From Hemiscyllium ocellatum (lineage: Eukaryota): a stretch of DNA of 64,000 nt. Made by a program: the position numbers and the translations under genes. Of the stretch, positions 12,556-24,826 are shown piece by piece. Each line of letters begins with the position of its first letter. The first letter of the stretch is position 1. The notes under the pieces are model-generated. The model saw only the letters and a program-made list of their open reading frames with translations. It searched no databases and had not been told where the DNA came from. Where the stretch lies: NCBI RefSeq assembly GCF_020745735.1, contig NC_083429.1:32345877-32409876 (forward strand), written 5' to 3'.

Positions 12556-14223
12556 TGAATTTCAGTCAAGCCAATTTAAACCCTGACTTCAGTTAAAATT
12601 GCAGTGAGGATTGTTGTGACCTCGGTTTCCTATGTTGACCAAATAATGCAGATGTCATTATGATTCTGCACAACTGGCATCACACTGCCTTATGTGGACC
12701 ATGGAATGTCACTTTTGACATCTTAATGTCAACATCTGGGAGCCATTTATCACTAAAGCCATTGTCTGGAATTGAATAACATGGTAGGACTTGAACAGTT
12801 CATTGGCTAAGTGCCAGAGAGCTTTCTGATAGGGATCAGATGTTCATACAAATTAATAAGAATAAAGAAATTTTCTGAGAAGAAGCTGCCCAGACCACAG
12901 TTGAGAAGCATGTGCCCTGAAATAATATTCAAAGAAAACAAAGAAACATAAGGTTGCGACCTGAATAGAAAACAAAGTTGCCCACTTCAATTGAATCGGG
13001 GTAGTATTTGATTCAAGCTAAACTTTTGGAATTAAAGTAAAAGCTAGGGTTAAATGCAGATTCAGTTCAAGCTAAAGTAAAGTGAAATTGAATGAAGTGA
13101 GTTGAAGCTAAGTTAGATGAAAAAAGGTGTAAATATTGCAAAGAATGTATACTTCATATTAGCTATTGTGGTACTTAAAGGAATAAATAAAGAAGGATTT
13201 GTTTAATTAAATTCTGAGTCAGTTCCCTGCCTTTTGTCTGTCATACAAGGGAAGAATATCTGGGTAAGTTGTTTGATTCCTCTTTTATGGTAGTACTAAG
13301 TTGGGGCAGAAATTGGTTGTGAGGGGCGTTATATGGGGCAGGGTAGATAACTAACAAGGTAACTTTCAGTAAGATTCAGTGAGAAAACCCAATAAACTTC
13401 ATGGTGGAAATCCTCCAAAAACTTAACACAACTTAGCCAAAAAAAACATTGGATTCAGACCGATATATGTTCTTGCACATATTGTTGGTAATGTTTAAAG
13501 GACAAAGGGAAGTTATTGCATTCACAGTGCAGTTTCTAAGCCAGACAAACTTGTACCTTTAAGGCATAACATCAAGTCATATGCTGCTCTGCTATAAAAG
13601 AACTAGCCTTACTTTCAGTTGCTGTCTGTGTATGTGTAGTGTAGTGTCTTCAGTCAGACAGACAGCCATGCGCATGGAATGTATTGCAATATCAGTGAGT
13701 ACAGAACTCAGATTATGTTTATTAGTCTGTGATATTGTAGTCATCTAAATAGTTAGTGTTGCTAATAAAACTTTGAGATCTCCATCTCAACAAGAGCTGG
13801 ACTCTGCATGCCGTACATTGTGCAGTCTAACCCAAATATGGAATGCTTCAAATCTATTATTAAAACATTCAATATTTATTATGACCTGTTAAGATTGATA
13901 TTTTCAAGCATACATTGAATCCCAGAGAACATCAGTAAGAATTAAGATATGAGCAACAAATCTTTTCCTCAAATGGTTGCATCAGATGTGAGCAATAGGA
14001 TAGTTCCATTTTGAGCAAAAATGGAGATGTTGAGGATCTAAAATTTGAATTTAGGTTATTGTCAGAAGCAATAAGTATATGTAGATTTTTATTAACCACA
14101 AAATGGCTTTTCAATTTAAAATAACAACAAAATAGCTTTAGATTTTTCTTTGACACTGTGAACTTGAACTGATGCTTTGCTGAGTTGGATGTATTTAGAG
14201 ACAAGAGAAAAACAATGGCGTTT

Positions 14224-14527
14224 TAGATTAGATTACTTACAGTGTGGAAACAGGCCCTTTGGCCCAGCAAGTCCACACCGACCCGCCGAAGCGCAACCCA
14301 CCCATACCCCTACATTTACCTCTTACCTAACACTACGGGCAATTCAGCATGGCAATTCACCTGACCCGCACATCTTTGGACTGTGGGAGGAAACCGGAGC
14401 ACCCGGAGGAAACCCACGCAAACACGGGGAGAACATGCAAACTCCACACAGTCAGTTGCCTGAGATGGGAATTGAACCCAGGTCTCTGGTGCTGTGAGGC
14501 AGCAGTGCTAACCACTGTGCCGCCCAC
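14224..14527 (-). mobile_element. HE1-type SINE, near full length
   Basis: Reverse-complement head (gtgctaaccactgtgccgccc) and tagat tail. Confidence 0.9.
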
Positions 14528-15717
14528 AACAATTTCATAATATGAATCATAAGACAGTGATTTGGTATTTGAACTGACCTTAACTAGCAAGCATCGGATG
14601 ATTTTGTGTGTAAGACAATCTGTTTCTCAGGAAATATCATTGGATTAGCCTGCTATTAATCATGTCACCATATTACAGTTGATTGGACTTTTCTTGTAAT
14701 TAAGACTGTGCTATCTCTTAAAAAAACATATGAATAATGCATAATTTTTTAATGTAATTGTGCCATATCTCCACGGAACATGAAAGCTTTTAACCTCTGT
14801 GTTGCTGGACAAATCTGCACCAGGCTGCCTCAACTTATTAAACTGGTAACCTTGCTTTAAATAGACTGTACTCGTACTGATTCTTTTGACTGATCTGGAG
14901 ACAGAGGTGTCTCCCCTCAAATTCTAGATCTTCAATGTGGGCCTTAATAGTACATAATATTACACTCATTTTTTAAATTTAACTTTATCCACAAGTTTCT
15001 GTTGAACTCAGATCGCCAAATGTCAAATCTTTCATGGACCAGCATAACCTTCCATGTTTATTTTAATGCAATTTTTAAAAAATAATTTTCATTAAGGAGA
15101 TTTGTTGATAGTATTTAAGTGATGTAGAGTAGCTGAAAATTGGTATAATCACAAGCAGTTTTAATCATTGCTTCAGGACCTCCTCCAGTGAGAAATCCAA
15201 ATTTAAGTAACTGAAAATGACTGTTAAATAAATGCACAGAGAACCAGTTACTAGTTTCAATGGTGCACAATAGCCACTTTTCGTAAATTGAGAGGAGCCT
15301 AATATTGTTCTTGCACTTAGGTGTAACAAAACAATTTTAAGTGGCTTTTCAAAGACCCAAGTTACCACAATTTCATCAGTTGATAAATTCAATATGAAAC
15401 TGAGGGCTAATTGTGGGGCCAGTACCAAATACAATGCTTTTTAATCCATCACAAACACCTCAGAATACAAATTTGCATACTTCAAGGTCTGTGGTTCTTT
15501 TCATGGATTGGGCTGGCTACACTTGTAATATGAAGAGGAATGTTGTTTAATGGCATTCAGGCCTGTACTTTTAGATAGTTACATGATATCACTGTACTAT
15601 ATATGATATTCTGGTGTAAAGGTACTTGTCACCCTTAAGTCACCCTCTCTGTGTAATGAAATCAGTCAGTTACATATAAATTATGTGTTGCCAGTAAACT
15701 GCAAATATAGAATCTGA

Positions 15718-15897
15718 GAAATCATAGAATCTCTGCAGTGTGGAAACAGGCCATTTGGCCCAACAAGTTCACACCCACCCTCCAAAGAGTAACTCATTGA
15801 GACCCATTCGCCTACCCTTTTACCCCACATTTACACCTGACTAATGCATCTAATCTACACATCCTTAAACACTATGGGCAAATTAGCATGGCCAATT
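15718..15897 (-). mobile_element. HE1-type SINE 3' half
   Basis: cagtgtggaaacaggcc..ggcccaacaag..tagcatggccaattc. Confidence 0.75.
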
Positions 15898-16226
15898 CTT
15901 GCTCAAGAAGAACCTGACTCCTTGTGGTATGTTATATGGTCTAATATATAAAGTAAACCACAGATTGGCAACATTAATTAGATTTTTTTAACTAGTAATA
16001 CTCAAAGTTGAGCAAAGCAGTCTTCACAATATCTCTTATTAAAGTCTGACTTCGGCAATCTCAACTCTGGCTCTCTTGATGAGCAATGGCTGTTAGAATG
16101 TACATTAAATCTCAGTCTCACTCAGATTTTCCGCTTACTGGTATGAGAAATTGAAAATTCTGCAATGCCATATAAACAGATATTCTTTAAACGCTGAAGT
16201 TGAGTTTGTAGCATTATTTTTATAGA

Positions 16227-16595
16227 GTTAAAAATCACACAACACCAGGCTATAGTCCAACAGGTTTATTTGGAAGTACAAGCTATCAGAGCACTGCTCC
16301 GTCATCACGTGGGGCAGGAGCATAAGACACAGAATTTGTAGCTAAAGATCACCGTGTCATGCAATTAAAATGATATGTTGAACCAACCTAGGTTGCTGTT
16401 AAGTCTTTCATTTTTAGAATGGGTTGCAAGTTTCAGTTCATTAATATGTAAATTCCAGAACTTCTTTTAAGTCACATTCTCAAGATAACTTAGTTTTATT
16501 AAAAAATGGTTAAAAATCACACAACACCAGGTTATGGTCCAACAGATTTATTTGGAAGTACGAGCTTACAGAGTGCAGCTCCTTCATCGGGTAAC
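16227..16595 (-). mobile_element. Tandem pair of ~85-bp hammerhead-bearing repeats (family C), period 282 bp
   Basis: gttaaaaatcacacaacaccagg at 16227 and 16509; each copy has a decayed hammerhead core followed by aataaa on the minus strand. Confidence 0.7.
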
Positions 16596-16732
16596 CACAA
16601 CAAACCAGGACAGATAAATAACAAGCGGGACAGAACACCAGTGCTTCACTGGAGGCTCACTGATGATGTTACCGAGCCTGGAGATGAATCTGTGAACAAA
16701 TCTACCAGCTCAGAGTGCAAACTTACAACTTG
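16596..16732 (+). mobile_element. Decayed 3' end related to PLE family A
   Basis: gcttcactggaggctcactgatgatgttacc..ccagctcag resembles 26642-26720. Confidence 0.6.
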
Positions 16733-16794
16733 ACATAGGCTATGGTAAGATGAATGATAGAATCAGGTTAGATGTTTGATGGCACCATCCCATT

Positions 16795-16885
16795 GAGGAT
16801 GAAAAGCACATACTTGAAACATTGACTTTCCTGTTCCTCAGATACTGCCTGACTGGCTTTGCTTTTCCAGCACCACACTTTCTGG
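16795..16885 (+). mobile_element. Decayed PLE family B tail
   Basis: gaaacattgactttcctgttcctcagatactgcctgac..ttttccagcaccacac. Confidence 0.6.
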
Positions 16886-19149
16886 CCCCATCTCAATGTC
16901 AAGATCATCTAGCTGCACCCTTTATGCTTTTATGAAAGGTGTGACAACATTCTCAGCGAGTTCTTAATTGATGACCATTATTACTAGTTAAATAGCACAG
17001 GTTGTGTCTGACCAAACTTGCCATACTAGTTGACTGTCATTAAAAATCAACATTGAAACTTGAGAGGATTCTTTGTGAGTTCAGCTTGATGTTTGCTCTA
17101 AAAGACACCCATGTTGGACACCGTCACCAAAATCTCAGGTATGGCCCATGGACATGCATGTTGCACTTGCACATACATTGGCATCTGATATATGCCAGCC
17201 ACTATGAACCTTCATGAAACATCTGTAGTCCACCCACTGGCTTCTTGTGCACTTCAGTGCTGTACCTTGAGCTGCATCAGTCACCGTAACTGTAATGTTG
17301 CATGTTAACGTTGAGACATAACATCTTGCTCCCACACAAGACCCAAATGCTTTTCCCCACTGCCAGACATAACACATCTCTTCCTGCCACTCCCACTACC
17401 CAGGGTCACCATGATCTCCCTATCCCCTGCTGCTGGACCCAACACCACCCCCATCAGGACCTAACACTCCTCATCATCCTGGGGCATGACAGCCCACATC
17501 TGCCTCTGCTGATCCTGATATATCCTGCCCATACTGACCTGTCCTAAACACTTTATTGCTTCCATTATCCTATTTGCCAACTTGTGCCCTGGTACCTATT
17601 CCAACTTGCACTCAATTTACCTGGCATCTTATCCACCTAGTATACATAGCACCTTATTCCCTACTCACTTGGCACTTGACTCACCTACCTCGACACACCT
17701 GGCACTCTAGCCACTTGGCAGCCTGCCATCATAATACCTTAACTTCACACTGAGTTATCAGAGTGGCTGTCTGTGATGCAGGAATTTAAAATTTCAGGAC
17801 ATGGTAATTGCCACTCCTCTGGTACTGTGACAAAACATATTATGTTCGACAAATAGTGCTTGCAGTTTGAGGAAAGAAGTGAGTATTTCACATCATAATA
17901 AGGTATAGCATTAGACTTTTTTTTTAATTGGTGGAATAGTGAGAGGAAGTCAAGCCTCGGTATCCCTAATTGATCTTGTGCCAGCCTTTGTACTTCTTAC
18001 TTACACTTCAGCAGAAAATTAATATGTAAATTGCAACCGCAAAATAATTTGCATTTAAATTTCATAAGCTCCAAGAGTAAATTTTAATCAGATATTTTGA
18101 GTGCAACATTTAAAAACTGGGACATGCAAATACTTCATGGAATAATTCCAAGACAATCTTACTAATGATGAATAACTTTGAAAGAAGATTCTATACAGCA
18201 AAATTCAGGAATTTGCTTGTGAGTGCAGTATCTGTCACAACAACTGTAAGCAGTTATTATGTTCATCTGCTGGCTGAACCCAGGTGCTGAATGCTTGCAC
18301 ACACTAATCGGCTTATGCTGATGAAACCAGAGGACTCAGGATGAGCTGCAAAATTTATGATCTACTGAACAGATGAATATTTTCAGATTTCTTGTACATA
18401 ACTTGGCAGCAGCTAAACTTAAACTGCCATGTTTATTATTATGCATAGTAAACAACTTTTAACAGAATTAAGAATGTCCTAAAATTAACAAAAAATAATC
18501 ATTGAACATAACTTATTTAAACAAAAGAAAACTAACGACTGTATTCACATTTAGGAGTCACAAAACTGTTACAGCAGCAAGAAGAAATTTGTTAATACGT
18601 ATCTGTTTTATTATTAACTATGCATACAACCACCTTCTATTCAATTCTTTATCATATTAAACATCCAAAAGTATCTGTTAATTGTTATATTGACTTTCAC
18701 ATAGCCAGCAATGTGGAGAACTGACTCACTCTGTGCGTTAATGAAAGTTAACACAAAAATATTCCATGACTGCAACCATTGCCTTCTGGATTTCAAAAGC
18801 TCAGTTAATGAATTTGTGATTGACAAGGAAGTCAAAGGGTTTAGGGAGTAAACCAGAAAGCAGAGTTGTTGGTCATATTAAGAACTGTTGTGATCATATT
18901 AATGGCAGAGCGAGTTCAATGGGCCAAATGCCCTGCTTTTCCTGTTCCTAATTTATATGTTGATATATGTCTTCAATTCAGTAAAATATTAAAAATCACA
19001 CCAAAAATAGCTATTAGAGGTGAGTTGATGATGAACGTAACAGTTGGCTGTGTGTCTAATGTTGCTAATTAAGGAGTAGTGATTGAAGTTATCAGGACTT
19101 GACTCCAAAGAGGATTGTTTTAATTTTGATGGGAGGAGGCCAAGCTGCT

Positions 19150-20400
19150 CATCTGAACATTGTGCATTTCCCTTGTACCTCTAGTCATAACACAATTTGG
19201 TGGCCATTTGCATTGTGCTTCTTTTCAGTTTGTCTCACCCCTTCCTCATCAGATGAAGATTATTCCTCGCCATCTGCCTCCTCTATCTGTATATCTGTCT
19301 GGATTATGGTTTTATGCAAGATAAGGAGACTACTTTGAATAGGAGATCCAGTCTCTGGAATATATCAATAAATTTTAACCATTGCTTTAGAAGTCTAATA
19401 GAGAGCTTGCAGATCCCCATTATTGTTCCATTGGTATGATCTGTTCATAGATATTAGGATTACAAAGAAACATTATAAATTCTGTAGCCATTCTCAAATG
19501 ATTCTGGCAAAACAGGAAAGTGTGGAATTGTTTGGTTGTGTAAAATTAGTGCATTGTAACAGCTGCATTGTAACCAGGCACAGACTGGTATCTCAGCTCC
19601 ATGATCATACATATTCCTGCATGTTGGTCCAGTTGGCATGATGCTTGTATCCAATATACAATGATGCCAACAGTACAGATTCAATTCCCATGCTAGTTGA
19701 GGTTAGAATGAAGGCATCTCAAGTTTGCCCCTTGCATGAAGTCTGGTGACCCTCAAGTTAAACTTACCATGCTAATGAGAAAGTTCTCTATTGGATCACT
19801 GCAACGTTCACTTTTCAGTTGATCAAAAACATGAGGATTGACAAGGCTTCTGGTGGTTTCTCAGATACTTTGATGGCAATCAATAGTACCTTGTGCTGGA
19901 ACAGAAGACAATCATTGCCCATCAAGGTCATCTCACTTTGATTGTTATCATAAATGGGAATACATACTTGTTAGCTCTGACGAAGAAAGCCTTGGTTAAA
20001 TTCCTTGACACCAATCCAAAATGCTTAAAATGTCCTCAGTAACCACTGGAATGAGTGGAGGCAAATATATTCAAGGGAATTATCACCTTTAAAGCCTCTA
20101 GCTTGGTATGGTCTCCCGGTATGGCTGTCAGGATTATTAATGCAAAGCAATCTGCTCCACATATTTCCAGAAAGTTCATTTTGCCCTCTAAACCTAGTTG
20201 ATGGAAATTGCAAGCAGGTGCCATCACCTACAACTTCTCAGAGCTGCAGCTATTGTTCACTCTACATATTGAGGATCCTGCTGCGTTTGTCCTTTCTCTC
20301 CTTCCTCTTCCTCTGCCCAGTGCTTGCATATCTTCAGCTTTTGCTGTTTACTGAGAACAATTAAGAAAAAGAACATACCACAAATAAGTCAAATCACAAT
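19150..20400 (-). pseudogene. Degenerate PIF/Harbinger (HARBI1-like) transposase, with an old SINE-like insert at ~19610-19800
   Basis: Minus strand, in expected order: Arg-rich N-terminus, LEICG..HTKLEALKVIIPLNIFAS (ORF 20036-20227), AQGTIDC (~19890), LLKQW (~19385), LH plus acidic tail (~19320-19240). Confidence 0.65.
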
Positions 20401-21865
20401 CCAGACAGACTCAGTTACACACAGATGCGTCTGATCTGAGCATTTGAAGTTCCTGAGCTCTTTCAATCCTGCAAACCATTGAGCTGTGAACCAATCTGAT
20501 GAAGTGAAACCTAATGAGGTGGACAATTGATTGGACTTCTGTTCCTTGCAGTTAAAATCACATTAGATCTGCATTATGACATATGAGCCCTACTCATATG
20601 AGTTGCATAAGGCTTTCACCAAGTTGAAAGAGGAACTTCAGCTGCTTGGATGCTCTGCAAATCAGAAAATGCTATTGGGAATGCAGTGTGTTAGGAATAA
20701 TATGTACTTTTGTCCAATTTTAACCCCTCTCACACATCATTCTTGTGCTGAGTTGAGTTAGATCCCCCTCATAAATTCTATTTACTTCATTTATTCACAT
20801 TCCATATGTAAATCACCTATACCTAATCCAGTCTTTACTTAATTCTAAATGACTTCTCACCTCCTCTTCCTCTTTTCCATCATCTTAGGCTGCTGCCAGT
20901 TCAGAATTGATTACTATTATCTTTCAAAGGGAACCAAATTGCAGCTCAGGGGTTCAAACTTGCAATTTATTTCACACAAGTCAAGCAAACAGCTGAAATA
21001 TTGGGCTACCTAATGAATTTTTATTAAGGCATTTAAAAGTAGAACTGTCTTTTAAAACCGATATGAAATATTTAAGCAGCTCATGCTTACTATAATTCCA
21101 AATAACAACCATCTTAAGGGTTAGAAATATATTTGCGCCCTAGATCAAAAATTAATTGCTATTTATTTTTGATTAACTGATATTTTTCTACTTTGAAATG
21201 CCATTGCATCATGAAACTAACAGATCACATCTGAATAGTAAACATCCTCAGGTTGAAATAAAATTAAATATAGATTATGACCAATTCCAAGAGAGCCATT
21301 TCCTTAATCAAACCTGAGTATTACTTTGTAGTGCACTTAAAGGTATCCCATAGCCTCTAGGTATTTCCTGTTGAATTATATTCACTGTTCTTACTTGCTC
21401 TGGCATACTTTCAGCTAAGATTCAAAAGTAGCCTGAGGTTTTAATTAGCTTGCTGTACCATTATGTGAAAAACTAATGATAATGGCTAATTGTGAATTGT
21501 AATGCTGCACCATTAAGTATTAGCAATATGCATCACTTCAAACAGATTGACATTTCTTTAAAATGTAGCAAAAACAATTATGCCTCGCATTACTAATTAT
21601 GAAGTGAGAGGAAGGAACAGTATCTGGCTGTCTTGGAAACACACAAAATCAGAAGTATCTGAATGCATTATGGTGAACTTTTCTTTGAAATTGTTTCAGT
21701 AGTTTGCAGAATGCATCAAAGCACTTATTGGCAACCACTCTCAGTAAGGAGTATGGGAAGAATGTGTTGTTTCAGTACCTCTCCCTGTCTTCCAGAGGTG
21801 AGATGAGAGTGGCTGCCCTTAACATCAAGGCTGCAGTTGGCTGAATGTGGCATCAAGGATGTGGC

Positions 21866-21922
21866 ATCATTCCTGATGGAGGGTTTATGCCCGAAGTGTC
21901 GATTTTCCTGCTCCTCAGATGC
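21866..21922 (+). mobile_element. Short PLE family B end with mutated hammerhead
   Basis: cattcctgatggagggtttatgcccgaagtgtcgattttcctgctcc. Confidence 0.7.
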
Positions 21923-22285
21923 TGGGGGAAGATTTAATTGAGACATATAAGTTAATCAGAGGATTAGATAGGATGGATAGTGAGAGCCTTTTTCTTCAGA
22001 TGGCGATGGCTAGCATGAGGGGACATTGCTTTAAACTGCGAGGTGATAGATACAGGACAGATGTCAGAGGTAGTTTCTTTATTCAGAAAGTAATAGGGGT
22101 ATGGAATGCACTGCCTGCAAAAGCAGTAAACTCGCCAACTTTAAGGACTTTTAAATGAGCAATGGACAGGCACATTGGTGATAATGGAATATTGTAGGTT
22201 AGATGGTTTCACATTGGTTTCACAGGTCGGTACAATATTGCGGGCCAAAGGGCCTGTACTGCACTGGCATGTTCTATGTCCTATG
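21922..22285 (+). mobile_element. CR1 3' fragment
   Basis: ORF GEDLIETYKLIRGLDR..RGHCFKLRG..WNALP. Confidence 0.88.
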
Positions 22286-22799
22286 CTCACTCATGACTTT
22301 TCAAATGCAAAACAGCCCATACCCAAATACAAGACCTGGATAATATCCAGGTTTGGCTAACAAGTGGCAAATAATAGTTGTGTAACACAAGTGTCAGGCA
22401 ATGAGATTTCCAATAACAGACAATCTAATCATTGCCCCTTGAGTTTCAACAGCGTTACTGTGTTGCCCATGTTCCATGCATAAATTTTAAAAAAGAGAGT
22501 TTCAATAGAATTTACAGTATAGAAGCAGACCATTTGTCTAAATACTCTCTGCCAATGTTTTCAAGCTTCACCTGTGCTCTCCTCCACCATTTTGACTTAA
22601 CCTTATAAATATATTATTTGATTCCTTTCCTCCTCATGTTCAATGAGTTTCTTCTTAAATGCAACTAAGGCATTCACATCAACTATTCCTCATCATAGTG
22701 AGTAACACATTGCAATCAGAGTCTGGAAAAAATAAATTATTGGTACCGCTCTTCAATTCATAACCATTAATTTTGGAGTCCCCATAAGAGACGCCACTT

Positions 22800-23032
22800 G
22801 AAACAAAAACAGAAATTGCTGAAAAATCTCAGCAGGTCTGGTAATAAGTGTGGAGAGAAATCGCAGTGAATATTTTCAGTCCAGTTATCCTCCTTCAGAA
22901 ATGATGGTAGCTCGAAAAAGGATGGCCTTTATACTCTGATTTCTCTCCACATATTCTGCCAATCTTGCTGAGATTTTCCAGCGATTCCTGTTTTTATTTC
23001 AGATTTTCAGCATCAACACCTCTTTTGGTTTT
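22800..23032. mobile_element. Old mini inverted dimer of PLE family D ends
   Basis: aaacaaaaacagaaattgctgaaaaatctcagcagg..tggagagaaatc mirrored by gatttctctcca..tgctgagattttccagcgattcctgtttttattt; no clear TSD. Confidence 0.7.
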
Positions 23033-23138
23033 TCTTCACATGTGCCTTAACAAACTTCAGAACTCAAGGTTTGTGCGAAGATTTGTAGCTCAGGTGCTCG
23101 TTGTTGTGGTTCTGTTCGCCGAGCTGGAAGTTTTTGTT

Positions 23139-23178
23139 ACAAACGTTTCGTCCCCTGGCTAGGCGACATCATCAGTGC
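23139..23178 (-). ncRNA. Type I hammerhead motif (family A), core intact
   Basis: gca-CTGATGA-t-gtcgcct(agcc)aggggac-GAAA-cgtt-tgt. Confidence 0.8.
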
Positions 23179-24826
23179 TCTGGAGTCTCCTGCGAAGCGC
23201 TTCTTTGATGTTTCTTCCGGTATTTATAGTGGTCTGTCCTTGCCGCTTCCGGGTGTCAGTTTCAGCTGTCCACTGTAGTGGTTGGTATATTGGGTCCAGG
23301 TCGATGTGTTTGTTGATGGAGTTTGTGGATGAATGCCATGCCTCTAGGAATTCCCTGGCTGTTCTCTGTCTGGCTTGCCCTATGATAGTAGTGTTTTCCC
23401 AGTCGAATTCATGTTGCTTGTTGTCTGCGTGTGCGGCTACTAGGGATAGCTGGTCGTGTCGTTTCGTGGCTAGTTGATGTTCATGTATGCGGATTGTTAG
23501 CTGTCTTCCTGTTTGTCCTATATAGTGTTTTGTGCAGTCCTTGCATGGTATTTTGTAAACTACATTAGTTTTGCTCATGTTGGGTATCGGGTTCTTTGTT
23601 CTAGTGAGTTGTTGTCTGAGCGTGGCTGTTGGTTTGTGTGCCGTTATGAGTCCTAAGGGTCGCAGTAGTCTGGCTGTCAGTTCTGAAATGTTCCTGATGT
23701 GGTAGTGTGGCTAGTCCTTTTGGTTGTGGCATGCCCTCGTTCCGTGGTCTGTCTCTTAGGCATCTGTTGATAAAGTTGCGCGGGTATCCGTTTTTGGCGA
23801 ATACCTTGTATAGGTGTTCCTCTTCCTCTTTTTGCAGTTCTGGTGTACTGCAGTGTGTTGTGGCTCTTTTGAATAGTGTCCTGATGCAGCTTCGTTTGTG
23901 TGTGTTGGGGTGGTTACTTTCATAGTTTGGGACTTGGTCTGTGTGTGTTGTTTTCCTGTGTACCCTTGTGGTGAATTCTCCGTTCGGTGTTCTCTGTACT
24001 ATCACGTCTAGGAATGGGAGTTGGCTATCCTTCTCTTCTTCTTTCGTGAATCGAATTCCTGTGAGTGTGGCGTTGATGATCCGGTGTGTTTTTTCTGTTT
24101 CCGTGTTTTTGATGATTACGAACGTGTCATCGACATATCTGACCCAGAGTTTGGGTTGAATTTGTGGTAGGGCTGTTTGTTCTAACCTTTGCATAACTGC
24201 CTCTGCTATGAGTCCCGAGATTGGTGATCCCACTGGGTGTTCCGTTGATTTGTTCGTATATCTGATTGTTGAATGTAAAGTGTGTAGTGAGGCACAAGTC
24301 CAGTAGTTTAAGTATGCCGTCTTTGTTGATAGGTTCCGCCTCCTGTTTTCTGTTCTGTATGTCCAGTAGGTTGGCTATTGTTTCTTTGGCTAGGGTTTTG
24401 TCAATCGAAGTGAACAGTGCCGTCACGTCGAATGAGATCATGGTTTCTTCTTTGTCTATGTGTGTATTCCTGATGACGTCCAAGAATTCCTGTGTTGATT
24501 GTATGGAGTGTTTGGATCCGCTGACCAGGTGTTTCAGTTTCTGTTGTAGTTCTTTGGCCAGTTTGTATGCTGGTGTCCCTGGTAGTGATACTATGGGTCT
24601 GAGTGGGATGTCTGGTTTGTGTACTTTGGGTAGTCCATAGAATCTGGGGGTGTTGTTGCTTTCCGGTTTCATTCTTTGTAGGTCAGCTTTGGTTATCTGT
24701 CCGTTTTTTTGTAGATTCCTTAGTGTGTTATTTATTCTATTGGTGAGTTGTGGTGTGGGGTCAGAATCCTTCATTTGGTAGGTGTTGGTATCTGCGAATA
24801 GTTGTTGTGCTTTTTTGATGTAATCT
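23159..24826 (-). pseudogene. PLE RT plus GIY-YIG endonuclease, 5'-truncated and frameshifted (left arm)
   Basis: ORFs 24127-24774, 23601-24233 and 23159-23578. Confidence 0.9.

Noticed and set aside
20240-20355. Candidate host exon with acceptor site (minus)
   Set aside because: Better explained as the N-terminus of the Harbinger transposase relic
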